From Gammaproteobacteria bacterium (GTDB lineage Bacteria > Pseudomonadota > Gammaproteobacteria > Burkholderiales > SG8-39): a stretch of 64,000 bases of DNA. The position numbers and the translations under genes were made by a program. Position 1 is the stretch's first letter, and each line of letters opens with the position of its first letter. The stretch covers positions 16,675-80,674 of the forward strand of contig JBGQFF010000001.1 in the NCBI GenBank assembly GCA_041496745.1, written 5' to 3'. Under the pieces are notes generated by a model. It had not been told where the DNA came from, did not search any database, and was given only the letters and a program-made list of their open reading frames with translations. Shown in pieces: positions 39,942 through 48,726 of the stretch.

Positions 39942-42900
39942 TGGCAGCCGTGCCGCGATGGCGGCACGATGCCGCCATGGGCGCCGGGCATGAGAAGATG
40001 GTTTCAGGGGGTGCCGCAGACTTGGGCGACCTGAAGCCGCAGAGCGTCGCTTTCGCAAAGACTACGCGCCCGGCAATCGGATCGGCGATGCCGCGCGAGC
40101 GGCTGTTCGCGCGCCTGGACGGCTCGCCCGGGCGCACGGTGGCCTGGATCTCCGGCCCGCCCGGCGCCGGCAAGACCACGCTCGCGGCGAGCTACATCGA
40201 TGCGCGCCGCTACCGCTGCCTCTGGTACCAGGTGGATGCGGACGATGCCGATGTGGCGACGTTCTTCCACTACCTCGGCCACGCGGCGCGCAAGCTCGAC
40301 GCCGCCGCGCCGCTCGAGTTGCCGGGGGCCGCCGCGTTGCAGGATGTGGACCTGGCCTCGCTCGCGCGCAGCTTCTTCCGCCGCCTGTTCGCGCGCGCCA
40401 AGGCGCCTTTCGCCCTGGTGCTCGACAACCTGCACGAGGTGCCGGCGGAGAGCGCGCTGCACGCGGCGCTCGAGGCCGGCGTGAGCCAGGTCCCCAAGAA
40501 CTGCTGCGTCATCGTCACCAGCCGCAACGAACCGCCTGCGTCGCTGGCGCGCGCGCGCGTCACCGGCGAGATGGTGTGCGTGGGGTGGGAGCAGTTGCGC
40601 CTGGAGCCGGCGGAACTGGCCGGGATCGCCAAGCTGCGCGGGCACGAGCTGGGGGGCGAGGCGGTGGCGCAACTCGCCGAGCGCACGCAGGGCTGGGCGG
40701 CCGGCCTGGTGCTGATGCTGGAGCACTCCAAGGTCGCCGGGCGCATCGTCGAGCTGCCCGGCGATGCCGCGCCGAAGGTGATTTTCGATTACCTCGCGGG
40801 CGAGATCTTCGACAGGTTCGAAGCGCGCACGCGCGAATTCCTGCTGCGCATCGCCTGCCTGCCGCGCATGAACGCGGAGGTGGCGCAGGCGCTCACGGGC
40901 GAGGACAAGGCGGGCCGGCTGCTGCTCAACCTCGCGCTCAACGGCTATTTCGTGAACGAAGTGCAGTCGGAGGCAGGCAGGATGTTCCAGCTGCACCCGC
41001 TGCTGCGCGACTTCCTGCGCGGCCGCGCCGCGCAGGAATTGCCCGAGGCTCTCGCGCACCCCTGGCTGCAACGCGCGGCCGCGCTGCTGCGCGGGGCCGG
41101 ACAGGCGGAGGATGCGGTGGCCCTGCTCGCCGAGAGCCGCAGCTGGGCCGAAGTGGCGCGCATCGCCGCGGAAGAAGCCGGCGCGATGCTCGCGCAGGGG
41201 CGCAGCGCCACGGTGGAAGCCTGGCTCGACATGCTGCCGCCGGAGTTCCTCGAGCGCGATCCGCGGCTGCTGCACGCGGCGGGCGTGTGCCGCGCGCACG
41301 CCAGCCCGCGCGCGGCGCAGCGCGCGTTCGAGCAGGCCTACGCGGGTTTTCAAGCGGCGCGCGACACGCGCGGCATGGTGCAGAGCGCCTGCGGCGCGAT
41401 CGACGCCCTGATGTTCGAATTCGACGACCTGGCGCCGCTCGAGCGCTGGAGCGCGGTGCTGGCCGGCTTGCTCAAGGACGCGGACGCGCCAAGCGCGGCG
41501 GCGCTGGTGCGGGCGATGCTGCTGCGCGATCCCGGCAATGCTGCGCTCGGCGAGTGGCTCGCGCGCGCCGAGCGCGGCGGCGGCGGAGCGTCGCTGGCGC
41601 GCGCCACCGCCGCGCTGCTGCACGGCGACCTGGCCGCCGCGCGGGCCGCGCTGGAGAGCCTGCGCGCGCGAGAGCACAATCCGCCGCCGCGCGCCGGCAT
41701 CGCGACGGCCATGGTGAGCGCCCTGCACGAACTGCTGGCGGGCTCGCACGCGGCGGCGCTGGCCGCGGCGCGTGCGGGGCTGGCGGTGGCGGATGCGGAA
41801 GGCCTGCACGCCTGGGACCAGTGGCTGCGCGCAATCGCGGCGGCGGCGGCGCTGGGCGCGGGCGAACGCGACGCCGCGCGCGCCGAGCTGCAGCGTGTGG
41901 AAGCGGGCGGCGCGCGGCTGCGCCGCGGCGATCGCGCGCTCGTCCACTATCTGCGCGGCTGGCTCGCGCTGCTCGACGCGGATGGCGCCGGCGCGCGACG
42001 CGAAGCGAAAACCGCGCTCGCGCTGGCGATCGAGACCGGCGTTCCGCTGCTCGAATGCATGGCGCGCATCGCTTTAGCGCAGTCGCTCGGCGACGAGGGC
42101 GACCGGCGCGCGCGCGAGTCGCAGCTGCGCGCCGCGGAGGGGCTCGCCGAGCGCTCACGCAGCGACCTCCTGCGCTACTGCGCGCGCCTGGCAGCGGCGA
42201 GCGCGGCACGCGAGGCTGGCGACGAAGCCGCGGCGCTCGAGGCCCTGCGCGGCGCGTTCGCGCTCGGGCGCGAGCACGGCTACCGGCACGCGCCGTGGTG
42301 GCAGGCGGCGGCAGTGGCGGAGTTGTGCGCGCTGGCCCTGCGGCATGGCATCGAGCCGGACTACGCGCGCTCGCTGGTGCGCTCGCGGCGCCTCGCGCCG
42401 CGCGTCGCGCCGCTGCGCCTGCGCGACTGGCCCTGGCCGTTCCGCGTACGCGCGCTCGGCCGTTTCGAGCTCCTGCGCGACGGCTCGCCGGTGGAGTTCT
42501 CGGGCAAGGGCCCGGGCCGGCCGATGGAGCTGCTCAAGGTGCTGCTGGCGCACGGCGGGCAGGACGTGCGCGCGGACCAGATCGCCGACGCGCTGTGGCC
42601 GCATGTCGACGCCGATTACGCGCACAAGTCCTTCACCGCAACCTTGCACCGCCTGCGGCGCCTGCTCGGCGAGGACGACGCCGTGCTGCTGCGCGATTCG
42701 CGCTTGAGCCTCAACACGGCGCTGGTGTGGGTGGACGGTTGGGCGCTGGAGCAGGTCTGCGCCGCCATCGACGAGGCGCTACGCGCGCCGGCCGGCGCAG
42801 TGCCGGACGCGGAGTTGCGCGCGCTCGCCGACGAGGCGCTCGCGCTGTACCGCGGGCCGTTCCTGCCCGACGAGTCGGAGCAGCCGAGCTATATCGCCTG

Positions 42901-43195
42901 CCGCGAGCAGATCCGCTCGCGGCTGCTGCGCTGCCTGGCGCGCATTGCGCGGCGCTGGGAGGACGCGGGGCAGCCCGAGGCGGCCGCCGACTGCTACCTG
43001 CGCTGCATCGAGGCCGATCCCTTGTTCGAGGCGCCTTACCGCAACCTGATGCTGAGCTACCAGCGCGCCGGCGACCAGGTCGAAGCGCGCGCGACCTACG
43101 AGCGGCTGCGCACCATCCTCTCGGCGCGGCTGAAAACCGCACCTTCGCCGGAGACGCAGGCCGTGTACGCCAGCCTCAAGGCGAGCGGCCCCTGA
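39941..43195 (+). CDS. Large ATPase-TPR regulator (MalT-like, STAND class) with a C-terminal OmpR/SARP-type winged helix and a bacterial transcriptional activation domain (BTAD)
   Basis: The N-terminus has FAKTTRPAIGSAMPRERLFARLD and Walker A GPPGAGKTTLA. A long helical repeat region follows. The C-terminus reads VRALGRFELLRDGSPVEF...LHRLRRLLG...ALALYRGPFLPDE...DPLFEAPYRNLMLSYQRAGDQVEARATYERL. The true start is probably ATG 39977 or 39998. Confidence 0.85.
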   Translation: MAAVPRWRHDAAMGAGHEKMVSGGAADLGDLKPQSVAFAKTTRPAIGSAMPRERLFARLDGSPGRTVAWISGPPGAGKTTLAASYIDARRYRCLWYQVDADDADVATFFHYLGHAARKLDAAAPLELPGAAALQDVDLASLARSFFRRLFARAKAPFALVLDNLHEVPAESALHAALEAGVSQVPKNCCVIVTSRNEPPASLARARVTGEMVCVGWEQLRLEPAELAGIAKLRGHELGGEAVAQLAERTQGWAAGLVLMLEHSKVAGRIVELPGDAAPKVIFDYLAGEIFDRFEARTREFLLRIACLPRMNAEVAQALTGEDKAGRLLLNLALNGYFVNEVQSEAGRMFQLHPLLRDFLRGRAAQELPEALAHPWLQRAAALLRGAGQAEDAVALLAESRSWAEVARIAAEEAGAMLAQGRSATVEAWLDMLPPEFLERDPRLLHAAGVCRAHASPRAAQRAFEQAYAGFQAARDTRGMVQSACGAIDALMFEFDDLAPLERWSAVLAGLLKDADAPSAAALVRAMLLRDPGNAALGEWLARAERGGGGASLARATAALLHGDLAAARAALESLRAREHNPPPRAGIATAMVSALHELLAGSHAAALAAARAGLAVADAEGLHAWDQWLRAIAAAAALGAGERDAARAELQRVEAGGARLRRGDRALVHYLRGWLALLDADGAGARREAKTALALAIETGVPLLECMARIALAQSLGDEGDRRARESQLRAAEGLAERSRSDLLRYCARLAAASAAREAGDEAAALEALRGAFALGREHGYRHAPWWQAAAVAELCALALRHGIEPDYARSLVRSRRLAPRVAPLRLRDWPWPFRVRALGRFELLRDGSPVEFSGKGPGRPMELLKVLLAHGGQDVRADQIADALWPHVDADYAHKSFTATLHRLRRLLGEDDAVLLRDSRLSLNTALVWVDGWALEQVCAAIDEALRAPAGAVPDAELRALADEALALYRGPFLPDESEQPSYIACREQIRSRLLRCLARIARRWEDAGQPEAAADCYLRCIEADPLFEAPYRNLMLSYQRAGDQVEARATYERLRTILSARLKTAPSPETQAVYASLKASGP

Positions 43196-43796
43196 CGCCC
43201 AGCTCGCGCTCGATCTGCGCCCAGATCTTGTCCAACCCCTTGTGCACGCCGGTGGGCGGCGCGTATTCGCGCCGCGGCATGCCGGAGGGCGGCGGCGTGA
43301 CCTGGCGCATGCGCATGGTGAGCGAGACTTCGCTGCCTTCCGCCGCCGGCACCACTGTCGCATTGAGCACGATCTCGAGTCCTTGCGGCTCGAAGCTGAT
43401 GAACCAGCTGGGGATCAGGCCGACGTGGCGCGCGGCAATCTCGCGCATCATCGGCAGGTCGGCCTGCGCGACCTCGCCCCATTCGCGCATGTTGAGCGGC
43501 AGCGGCGCGGGCGCCGAGAAGTTGAGGTAGCCGAGGTCCGCGTCCTGGCCGTCCATGCGCATGCCGAGCTGGCTCATCGCCGCGCGCACGCCCGCAAACG
43601 TCCTGCCGCGGGGCACGGCGAACACGCGCGTGCCTTTCTGCGCGAGGATGCTTTCGTACTGGTTGCGGAAGACCTGGTTGACTTCGTTGATCGCGTCGCG
43701 CGCCTTGTCCTGGGTCATGCAGCCCGCGGCGAGCGCCGCGAGCAAGGCCAGGATCGCCGTGCGACCCCGCGCGCTACACGACCCCGGCAGCTTCAT
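43176..43796 (-). CDS. Lipoprotein of unknown function (downstream of the kinase)
   Basis: MKLPGSCSARGRTAILALLAALAAGC provides a lipobox. The track ORF extends to 43841. Confidence 0.65.
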   Translation of the reverse strand: MKLPGSCSARGRTAILALLAALAAGCMTQDKARDAINEVNQVFRNQYESILAQKGTRVFAVPRGRTFAGVRAAMSQLGMRMDGQDADLGYLNFSAPAPLPLNMREWGEVAQADLPMMREIAARHVGLIPSWFISFEPQGLEIVLNATVVPAAEGSEVSLTMRMRQVTPPPSGMPRREYAPPTGVHKGLDKIWAQIERELGVRGRSP

Positions 43797-43837
43797 CCGC
43801 ACCACTCCCCCCGCAGGGAATCTTAACCCGGTCCAGC

Positions 43838-45499
43838 TCAACGCAGCAGCCTGTCGGCCTGCTGGATCTCCGCGGGTTGCAACGCGGCCTTGACCTTTTC
43901 GATCCGGGCCTTGGCCTCCGCGTTCCCGGCGCGCGCCGCGCGGCTGAACCAGACGTAGGCCTGGAAATTGTTTTGCGGGACGCCGCGCCCGGCGGCGTAC
44001 ATCTCGCCCAGCGCCAACTGCGCCTTGGCATTGCCCTGGTCGGCGGCCTTGCGGGTCAGCGCCAGGCCTTCGGCGTCGTTGCCGCGCGCGCGCGCCTGCT
44101 CGGCGAGCGCCAGCAGATCCGGCGCGGGTGGCGGCGCGGGCGCCGGCTCCGCCGGCTTCTTCGGCGGCGGCGCGACGGGCTCGGCGCGGCGCGCCTCTTC
44201 CTGGCGCGTGCGCTCCAGCCCGGCTTGCTTCCTGGCCTCGGCGTCGCGGCGCGCGCGCTCGGCATCGGCTTGCTTGCGAGTCGCGGCCTCGCGGCGCACG
44301 AGCTCCTCGGCGCGCTTCTTCTCCAGGTCGGCCTGCTGCTGCTGTTGCAGTCGCTGCTGCTCCTCGCGCTGACGTTGGCTCGCGGCCTCAACCTCGCGCT
44401 GCTGCTGGTTCTCGAACGCGCGCCGCTGGGATTCAAAGCGCTCCCGCTCGTCGGCGAACTTCTTGCGTTCCTCGGTCGGCACCAGCCACAGCACCACCGC
44501 GGCGGCTGCGACCAGTGCGCCCAGGCCGGCCCAGATGACCGGCCCGCGCAGCGATGCGGCCGGCGCCGTTGCGGCGGGCGGCGGCGCGCTTCGCGTCACG
44601 GGTTTGGCTGCGGAAGCGAGTTCCCCGCGCCACTCGGCGATGCTCTGCGGGCGATCCTTCTCGGCGAACTGGAGCGCGTGGTCGATGGCTTTGAGCAAGC
44701 CTGCCGAATAGCGCCCGCTGCCGATGGTGACGGCCGGCACCAGGATCTCGAGCGTGCTGCCGAGGATGCCCTTGCTGCGTGCGATCGCATCCATCGGCGC
44801 GATGCCGGCGATGGCGCGGTAGCAGGTGGCGCCCAGGCTGTAGAGGTCGGTCCACGGGCCCTGGTTCTCGCCGCTCGAGTAGTACTGCTCGAAGGGCGCG
44901 TAGCCGGGCGCCACCAGGATGGTGACGGTACGGGCGTGGCCCAGCGAATGGCGCGCGGAGCCGAAATCGAGCAGCACCGGCGAGCCGTCGGCGCGGATGT
45001 GGATGTTGTCCGGCTTGATGTCGCGGTGAATGAACCCCGCGTTGTGCACCAACTCCAGCCCGTCGAGGATCGGCAGCACCACGCGCATCAGCTCCTCCTC
45101 AGGGAGCGTGCGGCGCCGCTCGAGCAGCGAGGCCAGGTTCTCGCCATCCTCGAAGCGCATCACCATGTAGGCGGTGTTGTTGTGCTCGAACACCGAGTGC
45201 ACGCGCACGATGTTCGGGTGGTCGAAGCGCGCGAGCGTCCGCGCCTCGCGGATGAAGCGGTCCAGCCCCCAGCGGTAGCGCTCGCTCTGCTCCTCGGTGC
45301 GCGAGCGCACCGAGGCGTCCGCCCGGCGCGTGGCGACGTCCACCGGCAGGTATTCCTTGATCGCCACCGACTGGTCGAGGTTGGTGTCGCGCGCCAGGTA
45401 GGTGATGCCGAAGCCGCCCTGGCCGAGGACGCGCTCCAGCACGTACCAGTGCAGCCGGTACTGCGCCGGCAGCGCGTCTGGGTAGGAGGGGTCGCTCAT
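43838..45499 (-). CDS. Transmembrane Ser/Thr protein kinase with extracytoplasmic coiled-coil and Sel1/TPR repeats
   Basis: The Hanks kinase motifs are GQGGFGITYLA, AIKEY, HRDIKPDNI, DFGSA and APGYAPFEQ. The TM span is VIWAGLGALVAAAAVVLWLV. An E/Q/R-rich segment follows, and the C-terminus has Sel1-type repeats (AQLALGEMYAAGRGVPQN..AYVWFSRAA). Confidence 0.92.
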   Translation of the reverse strand: MSDPSYPDALPAQYRLHWYVLERVLGQGGFGITYLARDTNLDQSVAIKEYLPVDVATRRADASVRSRTEEQSERYRWGLDRFIREARTLARFDHPNIVRVHSVFEHNNTAYMVMRFEDGENLASLLERRRTLPEEELMRVVLPILDGLELVHNAGFIHRDIKPDNIHIRADGSPVLLDFGSARHSLGHARTVTILVAPGYAPFEQYYSSGENQGPWTDLYSLGATCYRAIAGIAPMDAIARSKGILGSTLEILVPAVTIGSGRYSAGLLKAIDHALQFAEKDRPQSIAEWRGELASAAKPVTRSAPPPAATAPAASLRGPVIWAGLGALVAAAAVVLWLVPTEERKKFADERERFESQRRAFENQQQREVEAASQRQREEQQRLQQQQQADLEKKRAEELVRREAATRKQADAERARRDAEARKQAGLERTRQEEARRAEPVAPPPKKPAEPAPAPPPAPDLLALAEQARARGNDAEGLALTRKAADQGNAKAQLALGEMYAAGRGVPQNNFQAYVWFSRAARAGNAEAKARIEKVKAALQPAEIQQADRLLR

Positions 45500-45541
45500 C
45501 GGGGCGGGGGCGGCGCCGCCACTGTACTACCGCCCCGCCTC

Positions 45542-45559
45542 CTGTAACCGATCTGTAAG
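45542..45559 (+). promoter_or_regulatory. Direct-repeat motif copy 3 (CTGTAAC-CGAT-CTGTAAG) in the kinase/lipoprotein divergent region
   Basis: It matches copy 2 at 16 of 18 positions. It lies 43 nt from the kinase start and 85 nt upstream of the lipoprotein ATG at 45644. Confidence 0.45.
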
Positions 45560-45643
45560 CCAACCGTGAGCGGGGTGCAATGCCACGCCGCCGATGATGG
45601 ACCTACCAGGGCGAGGGCCCTGGATTCAACTCAGGAGGTAGCC

Positions 45644-46111
45644 ATGAACCGCAAGACCAACCTCGCCGCCGCGCTGGCGGCAACCACCCTGACGCTTTCC
45701 GGCTGCTACGTGATGACCGGGCCGGACGGCCAGCTCTGGCACGTGATCCCTCCCGGCCCGTCGCCGGTGGGCAGCGTGCCGCCCCTCGGTGCCGGCGGCG
45801 CGCCGGCGCCGGTCGCGCTCAACGTGCGCATGTATCCGGCCAACGAGACCGCGACCGAGACCGGCATGCTCACCGGCACGGTGGTCAACATGATGACCGG
45901 CAAGGGGCGTTTCCAGCTCAACTACAAGGGCGAAGTGCTCACCGGCGAGGCAACGCGCGTGGACGGCGATGCGCGCCGCGGCGTGGCGAGCGCCTTCGGC
46001 AACAGCGGCACCTACATGAGCTGCGAGTACCAGATGAGCAATCCGCGCCAGGGCGCCGGCACCTGCACGCTGTCCAACGGCGCCAAGTACCAGGCGCACA
46101 TCGGCAGCTGA
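45644..46111 (+). CDS. Lipoprotein of unknown function
   Basis: An SD AGGAGG precedes ATG 45644. MNRKTNLAAALAATTLTLSGC provides a lipobox. The track ORF starts at 45566. Confidence 0.65.
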   Translation: MNRKTNLAAALAATTLTLSGCYVMTGPDGQLWHVIPPGPSPVGSVPPLGAGGAPAPVALNVRMYPANETATETGMLTGTVVNMMTGKGRFQLNYKGEVLTGEATRVDGDARRGVASAFGNSGTYMSCEYQMSNPRQGAGTCTLSNGAKYQAHIGS

Positions 46112-46114
46112 GCC

Positions 46115-46345
46115 ATGCCTGCCATCGCGCAAGCGCCCGGAGCGAGAGTCGCGCTAACGCCGCGCGAGTTGCAAGTGGTGCAGCTCCTCGGGCGCGGCTG
46201 CACCTATTCGCAGGTCGCCGAGCGGCTGGGGGTGTCGCTGCACACGGTGACCAGCCACATCAAGAGCGCCTACCGCAAGTTGTCGGTGCACTCGGCCGCG
46301 GCGGCGGTGATGCGCGCCGCGGAGTTGCGGCTGCTCGGCGCCTAG
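46115..46345 (+). CDS. Solo LuxR/GerE-type helix-turn-helix protein (76 aa, no sensor domain)
   Basis: LTPRELQVVQLLGRGCTYSQVAERLGVSLHTVTSHIKSAYRKL is a LuxR/GerE HTH. The gene starts 4 nt after the lipoprotein stop. Confidence 0.85.
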   Translation: MPAIAQAPGARVALTPRELQVVQLLGRGCTYSQVAERLGVSLHTVTSHIKSAYRKLSVHSAAAAVMRAAELRLLGA

Positions 46346-46812
46346 CGCGCCAACGCCGCGGCGACGGCCTCGACGCAGTCCTGCGGCGACCCGGCGATGT
46401 CCACGACGATCGCGCGCGCCGGCGCCTCGAGCGTCGCGAACTGGCTCTCCAGCAGCGAGGCGGGCATATAGCGGTGCTTGCGCTGTGTCATGCGAGATCG
46501 AATGAGTTCGATGCTGCCGCGCAGGTGCACGAAGCGGCAGTCGATGCCTCGGGTGAGGATGGCGCGGTAGGACTCCTTCAGCGCCGAGCAGGCGAGCACC
46601 GCGTTCTTTCTGCTTCGCAGCTCCGCGTTGAGGCGCTCCAGCCAGGGCCGGCGGTCCTCGTCGCTGAGCGGCACGCCGGCAGCCATCTTGGCGACGTTCT
46701 CCGGCGGGTGGTACTCGTCGGCGTCGAGGAACTCGACGCCGAGCCTTTGCGCGAGCAGGGCGCCGATGGTGCTCTTGCCGCAGCCCGAGACGCCCATCAC
46801 GATGACGATCAC
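46342..46812 (-). CDS. gntK: Gluconokinase
   Basis: It reads IVIVMGVSGCGKSTIGALLAQRLGVEFLDADEYHPPENVAKM. Confidence 0.92.
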   Translation of the reverse strand: MIVIVMGVSGCGKSTIGALLAQRLGVEFLDADEYHPPENVAKMAAGVPLSDEDRRPWLERLNAELRSRKNAVLACSALKESYRAILTRGIDCRFVHLRGSIELIRSRMTQRKHRYMPASLLESQFATLEAPARAIVVDIAGSPQDCVEAVAAALAR

Positions 46813-47717
46813 GCGCGCGGGACGCTGTGCCCGCCGAACTCGGCGCGCATCCGGGCAAGGAGCTTGCGCGCATAGTCCGCGCCCCCCTGGCTGGAGAAGC
46901 GTCCCATCAGCGCCATGGTGATCACGGGGGCGGGCACGCCCAGTTCGATGGATTCGAGCGCGGTCCAGCGCCCTTCGCCCGAATCGGCGACGAGCGGCGC
47001 GATGCCCTCGAGCGCGTCGTCGCGCTCAAGGATGCCGGCGCACAGGTCGAGCAGCCACGAGCGGATCACGCTGCCGTGGCGCCAGGTCTCGGCCAGGCGC
47101 CCGGCGTCGAAGCCGAAGTCCTGGCGCGCGGCGAGCAGCGCGAAGCCCTCGGCGAGCGCCTGCATCATGCCGTACTCGATGCCGTTGTGGATCATCTTGG
47201 CGTAATGCCCGGCGCCGGCCGGCCCGCAATGCAGCCAGCCGCGTTCGGGCCCGGGCGCGAGGATGCGCGCGTAGGGCTCGAAGATCTCGATCGATTTGGG
47301 CGTGCCGCCGAGCATCAGGCAATAGCCGTGGGCGAGGCCGTGCACGCCGCCAGAGACGCCGGCATCGACGTAGCGCAGCCCCTTCTGCGAGAGCTCCATC
47401 GCGCGCCGCATCGAGTCCTTGTAGAAGGCGTTGCCGCCGTCCACCAGCGTGTCGCCGGCGGAGGCGAGCGGCAGCAGCTCGCGCAGCGCGTCCTCGGTGG
47501 CGGTTCCCGCCGGCAGCATCAGCAGGAGCACGCGCTCGCCCTCGAGCTGCGCGCACACCGCGGCGAGGCCCTCCACGCAGCTCACCCCGGGTTCGTCGGC
47601 GAGCGCATCGCGCGCCGGGCGCTCGCGGTCGTAGGCGAGCACGCGCGCGCCGCCGCGCGCCAGCCGCCGCGCCATGTTGGCGCCCATCCTGCCCAGCCCG
47701 ACGATGCCGATGTCCAT
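46809..47717 (-). CDS. gnd: 6-phosphogluconate dehydrogenase, decarboxylating (short, ~300-aa type)
   Basis: It reads MDIGIVGLGRMGANMARRL...GGNAFYKDS...DAGVSGGVHG...GAGHYAKMIHNGIEYG. Confidence 0.92.
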   Translation of the reverse strand: MDIGIVGLGRMGANMARRLARGGARVLAYDRERPARDALADEPGVSCVEGLAAVCAQLEGERVLLLMLPAGTATEDALRELLPLASAGDTLVDGGNAFYKDSMRRAMELSQKGLRYVDAGVSGGVHGLAHGYCLMLGGTPKSIEIFEPYARILAPGPERGWLHCGPAGAGHYAKMIHNGIEYGMMQALAEGFALLAARQDFGFDAGRLAETWRHGSVIRSWLLDLCAGILERDDALEGIAPLVADSGEGRWTALESIELGVPAPVITMALMGRFSSQGGADYARKLLARMRAEFGGHSVPRA

Positions 47718-47771
47718 GCTTGCCTCCCAGCGACGGGCTCATTCTATAATTGTCGTGGAGGAGGGTTTCCC

Positions 47772-48722
47772 ATGAGGCGTCTGCTCGCGGCGCTGCTGCT
47801 GTGCACTTGTTCCGGCATGGTTGCGGCCCAGTACCCGCAAAAGCCGATCAAGGTCATCGTGCCGTTCCCGGCGGGCTCGGCCACCGACACTATCTCGCGC
47901 ATCCTGGGCAACGCGGTGTCCAACGCCGTGGGCCAGCCGGTGCTGGTCGAGAACAAGGCCGGCGCCGACGGCGCGATCGCGGCGGGCGAGGTGATGCGCG
48001 CCGCGCCCGACGGCTATACGCTGCTGATGGCCACCAACAGCCCGATGTCGGCGGTGCCGGCGCTGAAGAAGGTGCCGCCCTACGACCCGGTCGCCGACTT
48101 CACGCCGATCACCGACATCGGCCGCTACACCTTCTTCATCGTGGTGCACCCGAGCGTGCCGGCGAGCACGGTGAGCGAGCTGATCCAGTACGCGCGCGCC
48201 AATCCCGGCAAGATCAATTACGCCACCGGCAACACCACCGGCATCGTGTCCACCGCGTTCTTTGCCGCACAGGCGGGAATCCAGATGGTGCATGTGCCGT
48301 ACCGGGGGGAGCCGCAGGCGATCATCGACCTGGTCGGCGGCCGCGTGCAGCTGCTGTTCGCTTCTTCCAGCACCTCGGTGCCGCAGGTGCGCGACGGCAA
48401 GCTGCGGGCGCTCGCCACCACTCTTGCCACGCGCAGCCATTTGCTGCCGGATGTGCCCACCATTGCGGAGGCGGGCATGCCGCAGTTCTCGGTGACCTCC
48501 TGGGCCGGCCTGTTCGGCCCGGCGAAGATGCCGAGGGAGGTCGTGGAGCGCATCAACAAGGAATTCGCGGCGGCGATGGCGCGCAGCGACGTGCAGGCGC
48601 TGATGGACAAGCAGGCTTTCGTGCTGAGCCCTTCCTCGCCCGAGCGCCTGGGGGCGTTCGTCAAGGAGCAGATGGAAAGCTACCGCAACATCCTGCGCGC
48701 CGCCGGCGTGCAACCGGAGTGA
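47772..48722 (+). CDS. Bug/TctC-family tripartite tricarboxylate transporter substrate-binding protein (paralog 1)
   Basis: A signal peptide is followed by YPQKPIKVIVPFPAGSATDTISRIL. It is the C-terminal part of the artefactual ORF 46827-48722. Confidence 0.9.
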   Translation: MRRLLAALLLCTCSGMVAAQYPQKPIKVIVPFPAGSATDTISRILGNAVSNAVGQPVLVENKAGADGAIAAGEVMRAAPDGYTLLMATNSPMSAVPALKKVPPYDPVADFTPITDIGRYTFFIVVHPSVPASTVSELIQYARANPGKINYATGNTTGIVSTAFFAAQAGIQMVHVPYRGEPQAIIDLVGGRVQLLFASSSTSVPQVRDGKLRALATTLATRSHLLPDVPTIAEAGMPQFSVTSWAGLFGPAKMPREVVERINKEFAAAMARSDVQALMDKQAFVLSPSSPERLGAFVKEQMESYRNILRAAGVQPE

Positions 48723-48726
48723 GGCC

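Noticed and set aside
40576-43530. A 984-aa plus-strand ORF, and several 140-650-aa ORFs, overlap the SARP-type regulator gene in other frames.
   Set aside because: They are extremely R/A/G-rich with no motifs. The 39941-43195 frame carries the Walker A, TPR-like and wHTH/BTAD signatures.
44180-44440. An apparently repetitive GC-rich stretch (CGGCGCGG / CTGCTGCTG runs) lies inside the kinase gene.
   Set aside because: It encodes the E/Q/R/A-rich coiled-coil and proline-rich linker of the kinase on the minus strand. This is low-complexity coding sequence, not a tandem DNA repeat or a CRISPR-like array.
47745-47750. A TATAAT hexamer lies in the gnd/tctC divergent region.
   Set aside because: It is a perfect -10 hexamer, but it is only 22 nt from the tctC ATG and no convincing -35 sits 17 nt upstream. 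That is too weak to annotate as a promoter without transcript data.
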